Notes under the pieces: model-generated
The model's database searches: none
What the model saw: the letters and a program-made list of their open reading frames with translations, nothing else
What the model was told of the DNA's origin: nothing
Assembly (NCBI GenBank): GCA_964016885.1
Contig: OZ024740.1
Coordinates: forward strand, 437,720,001-437,784,000
Reading direction: 5' to 3'
DNA from: Eledone cirrhosa
Lineage: Eukaryota
Length of the DNA stretch: 64,000 bases
Shown here: in pieces, positions 24,581 through 37,571 of the stretch
Layout: every line of letters begins with the position of its first letter
How positions within the stretch are numbered: the stretch's first letter is position 1
Program-made: the position numbers and the translations under genes

Positions 24581-26212
24581 CAGCATCATCATTAACTGTT
24601 ATAAGGGTAAAGGAGACGCCCTAGATAGGAGTAACTATAGAGGCATTAAATTAATCGACCAGGTCATGAAGGTCACGGAAAAAGTAATAGCGCAACTAAT
24701 CAGAGAGAGAATTGATCTAGATGAAATGCAGTTCGGGTTTGTGTCAAGCAAAAGCACCACAGACGCTCTTTTCATAGTACGACAACTACAGGAGAAGTAC
24801 CTAGCTAAAGGTAAACCCCTCTACTTAGCTTTTGTCGACCTGGAGAAAGCCTTCGACAGAGTCCCCCGCTCCATTATCTGGTGGCTCTTAGAAAACTAGG
24901 CGTTGACGAATGGCTTGTGAGGGCTATACAAGCCATGTTATAAAGAAACAGTCAGCAAGGTTAGAATTAACAACGAATATAGTGAAGAGTTTAGCGTAAA
25001 AGTTGGCGTCCATCAGGGCTCTGTTCTCAGCCCCCTACTATTTATTATTGCCCTTCAGGCTATAACAGAGGAGTTCAAGACAGGCTGCCCATGGGAACTC
25101 CTATACGCAGACGACCTGACACTCATAGCGGAATCAATGGCCGAGCTAGAGAAGAAATTCCAAACATGGAAGCACGGCCTAGAGTCAAAAGGACTTAAAA
25201 TTAACCTGGCTAAGACCAAAGTTCTAGTTTGTAGGAAAGAAAACAAGGCGGCGGTCCCTTCTGGGAAATGGTCGTGCTCGGTATGTAGGAAAGGCGTAGG
25301 TAGAAACTCCATCTTATGTCCTAAATGCAAAGTATGGGTGCATAAAAGATGTAGTGGGATCACAGGTAAGCTAACTAAGAACATAGACTTTACATGTGGC
25401 CGGTGTTCTGGTGCAATAAGTAGCAGCAAGTGCCCACAAAATACTAGCTCTTTCAATTGCGCAGAGGGTTCTATAGAAATAGTGGACAGCTTCCGTTACC
25501 TGGGCGATAAAATCAGCAGTGGGGGAGGGTGCTCTGAAAGTACTGTAGCTAGAGTCAGAACTGGTTGGAAAAAGTTCAGAGAGCTTATACCACTATTAGC
25601 TGCTAAAGGGTTCTCCCTAAAAATGAAAGGCAGGTTGTACGATGCCTGCATACGAACAGCAATGTTGCATGGCAGTGAGACCTGGGCATTGTGTGCAGAG
25701 GATATACGCAGACTAGAGAGGAACGAAGCTTGCATGCTCCGCTGGATGTGTAACAGTAATATACGTGAACGGCAAAGCATAAACGAACTAAGGAAAAAAT
25801 TAGAGATAAGAGGGATCAGATGTTGTTTACTCGAGAGAAGGCTGCGTTGGTATGGACACGTGATGCGCATGAAAGTCGATAACTGTATTACAAAGTGCAG
25901 GGCAATAAAGATAGACGGTAGCCACGGAATAGGCAGACCTAGAAAAACATGGGATGAGCTGATAAACTCCGACCTCACACACTTACACCTCTCCAAGACA
26001 ATGTCACTGGACCGTGACCTTTGGCGGTACTCAGTAACAGAGAAGACCCGCCTTGCCAGTAGGCATCTCTAACAAACTACACCCCGTCCCGCCACCACCC
26101 CCACCCCATCCACACCACCCCGTTCTATGTAAAGTTATGTTGGTGCCGCGCCATCCAGGCCGAAACAAATGAGATCGTGTAGGTGTCACGACAAAAAAAC
26201 ACACAGTCCACG
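24579..26212 (+). mobile_element. RTE LINE with nearly complete RT (frameshifted near 24890-24940), cut by the gap
   Basis: YKGKGDA..NYRGI, QFGF, FVDLEKAFD, HQGSVLSP, YADD and PHD finger; ORF 25137-26072. Confidence 0.92.
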
Positions 26213-26412
26213 NNNNNNNNNNNNNNNNNNNNNNNNNNNNNNNNNNNNNNNNNNNNNNNNNNNNNNNNNNNNNNNNNNNNNNNNNNNNNNNNNNNNNNNN
26301 NNNNNNNNNNNNNNNNNNNNNNNNNNNNNNNNNNNNNNNNNNNNNNNNNNNNNNNNNNNNNNNNNNNNNNNNNNNNNNNNNNNNNNNNNNNNNNNNNNNN
26401 NNNNNNNNNNNN
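26213..26412. other. Assembly gap (200 N)
   Basis: Run of N. Confidence 1.
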
Positions 26413-29400
26413 TAGGGTTTACTCAAAGAAAGAAACCATGTCTTATCCTGTAGCTTATTCTTTTTTGTGTAATTACTTAATCAGGGTACTAAAGGATTGC
26501 TTTGAAGATCTCTTGTATATTCCTTTGTGAAGTTGGCAAACCCAGATTCACAGAGTCTGTTAAAAGGTTCCAAAGAATAAAGAAAGGCTCCACAAAGGAA
26601 GCCTGTTGCCAGTTAGAAATATGTATAAACCTTAATACAATACTTAACCAGGCTGTTGAATACCCTGTATTTTCTTCTCCAGTACATGAACAGTCAGTCT
26701 TCCTTCCTGAAACGTGTATTGTTCCTATTATCTTTGGAGTGCAGACATTCATAATTTTCCAACAAAAATGACAAAATTATCCAACAATTTTTGGGTGTGT
26801 GCAGCTGCCTCATCAGCAATACGCCACTACCTATAACTACAATAAGTCCTGTTGAAGCTGTTGGCATCCAACTTAAAACTCCACATATATATTTTAGAAC
26901 TATGATTCTGTTAACCTCTTTATTTTTTATTTGGAGAGATATAGATATCATCTTCATCATGATCGTTTAACGTCCATTTTCCACACTAGCATGGGTGAGA
27001 CAGGTTGTCCCATTAGAGGCAAGTTGGGTCAGGTGTTCATGTCTTCTCATATAGAACTGTTTCTGGTTAGATTTCTATGGCTGGATGTTTTTGTGATACC
27101 AACAGAACTTTACAGTGTAAGGGTCGTGAGGAGGGTGTATGGGAGAGGCTATAAGGGTTAAGGGGCTAAACTCAACAACATGTAAACTCTTTTCATAGCA
27201 AACTATTTGAAACAACACCTACTTCTTTGATACTAACCTGTTTATTTTAAATTATTTATTTTAGATATGTATAAACTTTCCATTATAATTTTAAAATATG
27301 TTCTAAGTACCAGCTTAATAATTAGGCTGGTATTTAAAGGGTTAATATAACTTTCTGTCTAAAATCACTTCACAGTTAAATTCAAATCTTCAACCGTAAT
27401 ATTATTATAACACAACAGATAACAGTTAAATATTTGTCTCAGTTAAAAGCTTTATTTCACTAAACCTTTCTTAATTCTTGATTATTTTGATAATTAAAAC
27501 ACAACAACAGTATATTCTCGTTAGAAATATGGTTACAAAAGGGTTAAAACCTTTCAAAGTTACCATATTTTTTATTATTTTCAAAATGATTTGAAAATTT
27601 ATGAAGTGTGGTTCATTAGAAATATGGTAACAAAGAGATTAAAATGGAGGGTGGGGAACAAAAACTAAGGTTTATCTGTAGAAACATATACTGTCTGCTA
27701 TAGAAATATTCTAAGTCACATGTATAATGAAGCAATTCATGCAAACATTGTGATTATATGTACTTTCTCTCAACTTCCTCCTATTACACACTCTCTACTC
27801 TAGGACAATTTCAGCCCAATAGGTGGGGCCTATCCCACAGTAAAATCTGTTATTCCTGCCACCTATCTTAACTAGAGCCATATGAGATATAAAAGACCTT
27901 CTGTGTGGTTTTTTAACCTACTAGAAATAGTAGCCAAATCTCCATTATATCACACACTTTGTATTTTTGAATGGACTCGTAAATCTTGGTGGAGTCGTAG
28001 GGGTGCCATTGTGACATGATATTTCTTGGGTATTTGAAATTTGGAGTTCATCTCCTCTCCAGGTCTAAACACAGAAGAATTCTTACAGAAAAAGAGATAG
28101 AGAGAGGAGAAAAAGAAAGAGATAGACAAAGAGAATGAAAGAGAGAAAGAATCAACTTCAGTACTTGACTGCTACTTTATTTATCAACCTTGAAAGGATG
28201 AAAGGCAAAGTTGACCTCGGTGGTAGAGAAATGGAATGAATACCACAAAGCTTTCTGTCCAACATTATAATAATGAAATTATTGTGTACAGTGCTCAGGT
28301 GCACTACAACATTCTAACAACTCTGCCAATTTGGTGCATTATCATACACTTATTGTCTTTGATGAACAACAACACATTGGATAGTCCTGGATACATTTGA
28401 GCTGGAAAAAAGATGAGGTGGCCTTAGCTGGAATTCCTTTCTTTATATGTGTGTTCATTCAAAGCTGACTGAGAAATAAACAACAACTAGAAATAGCTCA
28501 GAGTTGCTGAAGTATGGAACAAACTACTTGCATCAGTTGTTATCTGTCGGGACAGTGTATCCTTCAAAACTTTCATGCTTACCGAAATTCACCACCACTA
28601 CACCTGATATTCCCCCTCCATATACACGCACGCATGTGTTTATGTATCTGTGTGTATGTCATGACTCATACACTGTTCACTTTCTGACATTTGTACATTA
28701 TTCTATGTACTATACATGCACCTTTGATGAGTTAGTGCACCTGAGCACTGTACACAATAATTTTCATTATTATTATTATTTTAAAAGCTTCAAACTACTG
28801 TGACTAAAAGTTTTTTTCTTTTTAACTTTACATAATCACATCCACTCTGTCTAGCAGTTTCCAAATTTGCAATCTCAACCGTCGTATTGATCACTTCACT
28901 GTCCAAAATCAATACAAAAAAACAAACAAACCCCTGGTTCTATGATATAAAGTTGTTTATTTCGAAATATTTATATCTATCTTAAAAAGAACTTACATCG
29001 TAAGTTTGTTCAGTTATCTTCCAAACAAGAAAGTTACATAGTCAAATTCTTGACTATTTTCAAGATTATTTAAATTTTTTTTTAAATGAAAACAAATTTT
29101 TATTCCCAAATTCAAATTTGGCTTAAAAATGAAAAAGAAAGATAAAATCAAAATTAAGTAATGAGAGGGGGGGGGGGGGTAAAGAAGAGCAGATGTAGCT
29201 GTATAGGAAAGGACTATAAATATGAGAGGAAAAGGAGGGAAAAAGCAACAACTGTAGCACCACAGAAGAAAAGGAGGGAGAGGGGGGGGGGGGTATTAGA
29301 AATATATTAATGAATGTGTTAATTCATAAAGTCTTTTGTTAGCTTCATTTGTTGCTGTCATAGTTTCTAAACTCTATTACTCTTGCTATAGCCACTGGCT

Positions 29401-29497
29401 GAATGCTATCTCTCATCTACTCCAACAGGAGCCTATATATGGTCAATTGTCCTGCTAGAAATAGCAGCCTGCTGTTTTCTTTGGGGGGGGGGGGGGG

Positions 29498-29848
29498 TTA
29501 AACCTTTAGTTATCAACCTGGCCAAAATTGGCTCTGGTTCTATGAAATAAAGTCACCCATTTTAAAGGTTTCCAATTTAAATTAAAATCTTCCAACATAA
29601 TTTTATAAAAGAACCTTACATTAAGTTACTATCTTAGTAATGAAATAATTAATAATTTTAGTATATCCCTCGAAATTCTTCATTAATTAATCCCGCCAAG
29701 GTTAACTTTGCCTTTCATCCTTACGGGATCGATAAAATAAAGTACCAGTAATACACTGGTAATTGCTGGCCTTGTGCCAAAAGTAGAAACAATTAATTAA
29801 TTAAAATAGAGTGTATTTCATTAGAAATGAGGTCCTGAAAAGATTAAT
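29498..29848. mobile_element. TTAA-flanked piggyBac-like MITE interrupted by a SINE fragment
   Basis: Degenerate TTAA-(C)CCTTT..AAAG(G/A)-TTAA ends. Relatives at about 21248-21455, 48464-48696 and 50858-51085. Confidence 0.5.
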
Positions 29849-30281
29849 AGACACATTTGATATAACTAAATAAAAGATTTGATGGGCATTACTGGGACAT
29901 TTTGACATTTTTATTCATCATGGGTCTTCTTGACCAGGTGCCATAAGGGGCCAAATAACACTCAATGCTGCCCCTCATCATTTAAGATTGTCCCTCATGT
30001 TCACTATAAATTCTTAAGTAATTAATTGAAATTCTCTTTGTCTCTATCTAATCTATCTACCTGTCCATCTATCTGTATATCTATATATTTGCCCGTCTTT
30101 TATCTACCTGTCTATCTCTCTATTGATCTATTTATCTTCCTGTCTGTCTATATATCTATCTATCTATCTATATTCTCATCTTTCCATCTAGCTGTCTATA
30201 TATTTGCCTGTCTATCTATCTAGCTATCTATATATTTATCAGTCTGTCTATCTATCTAAATATATATATATATATATATAT

Positions 30282-30411
30282 ATATCACATAAGAAACGGA
30301 GAATCAGTGGTGCGACGAATTAGAATTTATTAGACATATTACAATCGATTGTAATATGTCTAATAAATTCTAATTCGTCGCACCACTGATTCTCCGTTTC
30401 TTATGTGATAT
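30282..30411. repeat. Perfect 130-bp palindrome inside a (TA)/(TCTA) tract
   Basis: 65-bp arms centred on CAATC|GATTG with no spacer. Confidence 0.95.
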
Positions 30412-32105
30412 TATACTCTGTTCTGTAATAGCATCGAGTGCTCAAACGGCCTACTGCATACGGATGCTTAAGCATCCCACACCAAATATATATGTCTGTC
30501 TATCTATCTATTTATCTGTATGTCTATCTATCAGTCTGTTTATCTATATATATCTGTCTGTCTATTTATCTATCTATCACCTACATGTTCCTTCCAGATA
30601 AAGCTATGTTAGTTCCAATGCTGCTATAGCACTTATCTGTTATCCACTTGATACTTTGGTCATTTTATGGCAATGTGTAATAAAGTATGTTTAAGTAATA
30701 CTAACATGCAACTCCATTTATAAATAAGCTAATAGTTATTTATTATTTGTTATATATAGCAAATGTTATCATTTTTGGCCTTCAGTAGAAAAAAGAAAAT
30801 TTTTTTAACAATTAAGTTTACAATATTTATGGAGAGAGAAACATTGAATGTATGATATATAAATCTATCTTACTTTCTTTCTGTTATCTTTCTATCTCTC
30901 TCACCTTCCACGACCCCACCCCCCTCTCTACCACAAATCCTTTGAGCTTTTCTGCCATCTGTCAGTGCCTTATCTGCTGCTAATACCAAATTACTTCTCA
31001 CTTCAAGTCAGTTGTCAAAAATGCTATCTATTTCCTCACCTGAGATCAATCTAGATAACTGTAGTGTTAAAATGTCTTCAAACTTGTGCTGGGCTGTGGA
31101 GAATGGTTATCTCTCTTTTCTACTTCTCCTAACATCACAATTACTCTCATTTTTAACCAAATCATCACTTTGAATTACCATGGTGGCTGTAGTTTTTGTT
31201 TTTTGTTTTTCCATTTGCTGTGAGTGTGTTTGAGTGTGGCAACAAGTGAGAAAGGTGCAATCTTATTGATTATTCACTGTTGCTGTTGTTGTCTTGCAGT
31301 CTTATCCTGGTGTCAGCCATGCAGCTACAGCTGTGCTTGAGCACTACATTAAAATATACCCAGTACATGCCGTCACATAATTGACAAGAAGAAGGGTAGA
31401 AACCTTGCCCAAAATGGATCATTTTGGGGACGCTGGCACTAGAGAGGTTGTCTTGTCCCCAGCAAAATAAAAAAGTACTCTTTACTTTGTGTTCTCTTCA
31501 GTTGTTTTCAACAACTTTACAGAGTGTACTGGGTACAGTTTATCATAGAACCAACACTAAAAAGGTTGTCTTGTCTCCAGCAAAACAAAAAACAAATCTT
31601 CCCTACTTCACCTACCCACATTCATTTGCTGGTCACTTTAGTAAGTTTCCTAGAGTTGAGAGTGATAGGAGGAGAATGGTAGAAGAGAGTGAGAGGAAAT
31701 TGTAGCCAGCTACACAACAATTGTTGGTAAGGTGATTACATAGAAACAGCATGATTGGTGTGATGGGAGAAGAGAGTCTAAGGCAGAGACAGAGTAATAA
31801 AAGAGGGTGAAGTATACGCCATTTTAAAAACAACTGCCCTTAACGCAACGTGTTCTTTCAAAACTGAAGCAAGAACCAACATCAAATGTTTGTTATCATC
31901 ACTTACAAAAGTTCCTTGATGTTGGTAGCAGGTGGTGGTGGTGATGGTGGTTGTGGTAGTGGTAATGGTGGCAGTGGTGATGGTGGTGGTGATGTTACCT
32001 AATGTAACTGGGGTTGTTATGTATATTTCTGTAAAGTTAATAAAACCATCTTATAAGTGTTGTATATCACCAAATATTTTGATGTTATATATATATATAT
32101 GTGTA

Positions 32106-32136
<31 letters not shown>

Positions 32137-32165
32137 GTGTGTTTGTGTGTATGTACATATTAGCA

Positions 32166-33476
32166 TACAGATCGGTGTCCACCAGGGCTCTGTTCTGAGC
32201 CCTCTCCTGTTCATTATAGTATTGCAGGAGTTTAAGACCTGATTCCCATGGGAACTCCTGTATGCGGATGATCTCACACTTATAGCTGAATCTATGGTGG
32301 AACTAGAGAAGAAATTCCAAACATGGAAGCAAGGGCTAGAAAGAAAGGGTCTCAAAGTCAACCTGACAAAGACTAAGGTCCTTGTAAGTAGACAAGAAAA
32401 CAGAACCCAGATCCCCTCAGGGAAATGGCCTTGCTCAGTATGTAGGAAAGGTGTAGGCAGGAACTCCATCATCTTCCCCAAATGCAAACAATGGGTACAC
32501 AAGAGATGTAATGGGATCTCAGGAAGCTTAACTAAGAATGTAGGCTTCATATGTAGCAGCTGTGCTGGACCGCAAGCAGCAAACAGCCACAGGAAACAAG
32601 CACCACCAAACTCTGGGAGGGCTCTGTAGAAACAGTAGACAGCTTCTGCTACCTAGGTGACCGAATTAGAAGCGGAGGTGGGTGTTCAGAAAGTACAGTA
32701 ACTAGGGTAAGAACAGGATGGAAGAAGTTCAGGGAGTTACTGCCACTGCTAGCTGCAAAAGGCTTTTCCCTCAAAATGAAAGGCGTATGATGCTTGTATA
32801 CGAACAGCAATGTTACACGATAGTGAGACCTGGGCGCTGTCTGTATAAGACTTGCGCAGATTAGAAAGAAACGAAGCCTGCATGCTCCGATGGAGGTGTA
32901 ATAGTAATATACGCGAACGGCAAAGCATAAACAAATTGAGAGAGAGACTGAACAGCAGAGGAATCATATGCTGTGTGCAGGAGAGGCGGTTGCGTTGGTA
33001 TGGACATTTCATGCATAAGAAGGATGACAGCTGCATAAAAAGGTAAAGTCTAGAAGTCCATGGAAGCCGTGGAGTGGGGAGACCCAAGAAGACCTGGGAT
33101 GAGGTGATAAAAGCCGACCTTACCCAATTACACCTCTCAAGGGCAATGACACACGACCGTGACTTCTGGCGTCATGCAGTAATGCAGAAGACCCGACCTC
33201 TCATGGGTACAAGCCAAAGCTGAAGCATATAGACAATATGCCCCCACCCCTCCCACTGCAAAGTGGTCGTGGAGGTGCCACGGCAAAAAAGCACCCAGTA
33301 CTCACTGTAAATGAGGTTGGTGTTAGGAAGGGCATCCAGCTGTAGAAATGGAGCCAGAATCAGTTCCTGTATGAGCAAGACAAGGTCAGCCGACTGGACA
33401 CTGCCCACAACAGGACAACCTGTCTAACCCATGCTAGCGTGGAAGAATGGACGTAAAATGATGATGATGATGATAT
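32166..33476 (+). mobile_element. Decayed RTE LINE, sister family with PHD insert
   Basis: HQGSVLSP, YADD and CSVC..H..C..CSSC; stops and frameshifts; (GAT)n tail. Confidence 0.88.
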
Positions 33477-33480
33477 ATAT

Positions 33481-34150
33481 CATCATCATCATCATCATCA
33501 TTTTACGTCCACTTTTCCCTGCTTGCAAGAGTGGGACGGGTCCTATTCAGCACAATATCTCTCCACTTGTCGCGGTCCTTCGTCATCTCCACCGCGAGCT
33601 TCAGCGATCTGGGGTCTGCTCTCACCACCTCCGCCCATGTTTTTCGTGGTCTACCTCTACTACATCTTCCTTCAACTGGCATTTCTTGGCACTTCTTCAC
33701 CCATCTGTCATCCTCCATGCGAATCACATGTCCATACCACCCCAGTCTCCTCTCTCGCACACTACATTCTATCCCTCTCAGACACAGTTTCTCTCTCAAC
33801 ACATCCATGCTGGGTCGTTCACGCACATTGACATTGCACATCCAACGGTGCATGTTTGCCTCATTTCTCTCCAGCCATCGCATATCCTCTGCAGTTGCTG
33901 CCCATGTCTCACTACCATGCAGCATCGCGCTCCTCACACAGGCATCATATAACCGGCCTTTCGTACGCAGGGAGAAACCCTTCTTCGTCAGCAGAAGAAG
34001 CAGCTCCCTAAACTTCTTCCAACCCGACCTTATTCTAGATACTATGGCCTCGGAACACCCCGCCTCCCATGTTAATCTGATCACCTAGGTACCGGAAGCT
34101 ATCAACCACTTCTATAGCACCCACCTGCATTTGAAAAATGTGTCTATCAA
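33481..34150 (-). mobile_element. RTE LINE 3' fragment, second family, tail-to-tail with the previous element
   Basis: ORF 33503-34084. Confidence 0.88.
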
Positions 34151-34269
34151 TGCGACTTCTACTGTTACATTGATAGACACATTTTTTATATATATATACA
34201 TACACACACACACACATATACGCATGCACATATATATGCACACACACACACACATATATATATATACAT

Positions 34270-34320
<51 letters not shown>

Positions 34321-34756
34321 CACACACACTGGAGAACTAGCTATACAATGTTTTCAAACTGAGTTATTTATTATAGTTGTGGTATGAGTGGTGGATTGGC
34401 AGTAACTGGTAGAGCATCAGACGCCATGCTTTGCAGCATAGAGTTATAGCCTTTTATGTTTTATTCGGTAGATTGGCAGTAATCAGTAGAGCATCGCACG
34501 CTATGCTTTGCAGCATAGAGTTGTGGCCTTTTGCGTTCTGAGTTAAAATCCTGCCATGGTTAACTTTGTCTTTCATCCTTACGGGGTTGATAAAAGTAGC
34601 AGTAATACACTGGGGTTGATGTAATTGACTTTCTCCTCCCCCAAAATTGTGCCTAAATCAGAAACAATTATGAATTCTTGTCTGAGTTAAATTACTCTGC
34701 AGTAAGATTGTTGTTTACTGTATTAAACCTGATCTGTCAATATATATGTTGTTGTT

Positions 34757-35145
34757 ACTATGGAGCTGTATTACCATATATGGCTTGGCTCCAGTCAGCC
34801 ACTATCAATGGAGCAACATTACCATATATGGCTTGGCCCCAGTCAGTCACTATCAACGGAGCAACATTACCATATATGGCTTGGCTTCAGTCAGCCACTA
34901 TCAACGGAGCTCTATTACCATTTATGGCTTGGCTCCAGTCACCCACGGTCAACGGAGCAACATTACCATATATGGCTTGGCTCCAGTCAGCCACTATCAA
35001 TGGAGCAACATTACCATATATGGCTTGGCTCCAGTCAGCCACTATCAATGGAGCTATATTACCATATATGGCTTGGCCCCAGTCAGCCACTATCAGTGGA
35101 GCTGTATTACCATATATGGCCTGGCTCCGGTCAGCCACTATCAAT
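34757..35145. repeat. 48-bp minisatellite, about 8 copies
   Basis: Unit ACTATCAATGGAGCAACATTACCATATATGGCTTGGCTCCAGTCAGCC. Confidence 0.95.
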
Positions 35146-35253
35146 AGCTAATCATCATCATCAACAACTGCTAAATAGTTTTACATCTAGAATTTATTTT
35201 ACTCTTTGCTTATGTTTCTATAATTTTTGTTTTTTTCTTTAACACTTGTTCAG

Positions 35254-35393
35254 GAACATGGAGAACTAATGCCATTCCGCTGTAGCTACTGCAGTCGCCT
35301 ATTCCGACACAAACGAAGTCGTGACCGTCATGTCAAACTTCACACAGGGGATAAGAAGTATAAATGTTCCCAATGTGATGCTGCATTTGCAAG
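35254..35393 (+). CDS. ZNF423: ZNF423/ZNF521-like exon (phase 0 to 2), absent from the ORF track
   Basis: ttgttcag acceptor and gtgaga donor. [47 protein letters not shown] matches the ZNF423/521 signature [14 protein letters not shown]. Confidence 0.93.
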
Positions 35394-35649
35394 GTGAGAC
35401 TCCACTAATTCTTTCTTAGAAAATTCTATTCTTTAGTTGACACCTGTCTTACTAGCACTATACTTCACCATCTCTCTCCTTTACACTCCTTTACACTCCT
35501 ACAGTTCTCTCTCTCTCCTCTAATAATCTTCCCACCTCTATCATCACTCTGTCCTTCTATCCACAATAATTCTATATAATCTAACACAACCTGTTGCTGG
35601 TTCCTTTCATTTGCTGCTTTTTGGTTCCTTAGTATTATATATATATATC

Positions 35650-35982
35650 ATCATTTCATTTTACGTCCACTTTTTCCCTGCTTGCAAGGGTGGGACGGGA
35701 ACTGATTCTGGCTTGATTTCTACAGCTGGATGCCCTTCCTAACACCAACCTCATTTACAGTGAGTGCTGGGTGCTTTTTTGCCGCAGCACCGCCACGACC
35801 ACTTTGCAGTGGAATGATATGGACCCCAGTCCCTATCATGTCATTTCTACAGCTGAGTAAACTGGAGCAATGTGAAATAAAGTGTCTTGCTCAAGGAAAC
35901 AACACATCACCCGCTCTGAGAATTGAACTCATAACCTTTCGATTGCAAGGCCAATGCTCTAACCACAGCCATGTGCCTCCAT
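35650..35982 (-). mobile_element. Full-length composite SINE (tRNA head, CORE-like domain, RTE tail)
   Basis: Reverse complement of 20588-20890 plus a complete head. Confidence 0.82.
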
Positions 35983-36257
35983 ATATATATATATATAATG
36001 GGTCTTTAACTGGTTTTTAATTATATATATATATGTATATATATATATATCACATATATATTGAGAGAGAAGAATGCCAGTCCTAGAGAAAGAATCTATA
36101 TTAAGAGACCCAGAACATTAACTATGTAAGAATTAACAAGTTAAGATTTAAGTATTTTTACTTGTTTATATTGTTTTGTTTCAAAATGGAATATTTTGGC
36201 TAACACTCACATCTCTTCTAAAATACTAATATTTTATTATATATAGAGAGTGTCCGT

Positions 36258-36910
36258 GTATGTGTCATGACAAGAACCACCCAGTCCACTCTGTAAAGGG
36301 TTTTGTATGTGTCATGACAAGAACCACCCAGTACACTTTGTAAAGGGTTTTGTATGTGTCATGACAAGAACCACCCAGTACACTTTGTAAAGGGTTTTGT
36401 ATGTGTCATGACAAGAACCACCCAGTACACTTTGTAAAGGGTTTTGTATGTGTCATGACAAGAACCACCCAGTACACTCTGTAAAGGGTTTTGTATGTGT
36501 CATGACAAGAACCACCCAGTACACTTTGTAAAGGGTTTTGTATGTGTCATGACAAGAACCACCCAGTACACTTTGTAAAGGGTTTTGTATGTGTCATGAC
36601 AAGAACCACCCAGTCCACTCTGTAAAGGGTTTTGTATGTGTCATGACAAGAACCACCCAGTACACTCTGTAAAGGGTTTTGTATGTGTCATGACAGGAAC
36701 CACCCAGTACACTCTGTAAAGGGTTTTGTATGTGTCATGACAAGAACTACCCAGTACACTCTGTAAAGGGTTTTGTATGTGTCATGATAAGAACCACCCA
36801 GTACACTCTGTAAAGGGTTTTGTATGTGTCATGACAAGAACCACCCAGTACACTCTGTAAAGTGGTCATGTGGGTGACATGGTGAAAATCACCCAGTCCA
36901 CTCTGTAAAG
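36258..36910 (+). repeat. 47-bp minisatellite, about 13 copies, derived from the RTE/SINE 3' module
   Basis: Unit GTATGTGTCATGACAAGAACCACCCAGTACACTCTGTAAAGGGTTTT, continuing into the RTE-type tail at 36930-37082. Confidence 0.92.
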
Positions 36911-37571
36911 TGGTCCTTTTAGTGACATGAGAAAAAGCATCCAGCTGTAGAAACCAAGCCAGAACCAGTTCTGTATAAGCAAGATACAGTCATCTGATCT
37001 GACTTGTCTCAAAGGGACAAAGGGACAAATTGTCTAACCCATACTAGCATGGAAAAATGTCTATTAAACAGTGATGTTGAGGATATATATATACATGTGT
37101 GTAGTATTCTTGCAGTATTGGTAGAGGGTCAGACGCCATGCTTTGCAGCATAGAGTTACGGCCCTTTACATTCTGAATTCAAATCCTGATGAGGTTTGCT
37201 TTGCCTTTCATCCTTATGGGGTCGATAAAATAAAGCACAAGTAATGCACTGGGGGTCAATTCGATCAATTTTCCCCTTTCCTTCAAATTTCTGGCCTTGT
37301 GCCAAAAGTAGAAACAGTTATTATTATTATTAACCCACCGAGGTTAACTTTGCCTTTCATCCTTACGGGGTCGATAAAATAAGGTACCAGTAATGCACTG
37401 GGTAATTGCTGGCCTTGTGCCAAAAGTAGAAACAATTATTATTATTATTTCACAATAAAATGTGTTGAAGAAATGTTCCCAACTTAAAATGTAAACTTTA
37501 AACATTACTTGTTTTACTCAAATAAAACTAAAACTTTCCTTAAATTTCCATTTCTCTTTCTCCAATTTTAG

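Noticed and set aside
26413-26960. Short ORFs right after the gap
   Set aside because: No recognisable domain or splice-compatible frame; possibly a decayed transposon but not supportable.
34678-35242. Repetitive ORFs (ATINGATLPYMAWLQS)n
   Set aside because: Open in several frames because the 48-bp unit lacks stops; no convincing splice sites or homology.
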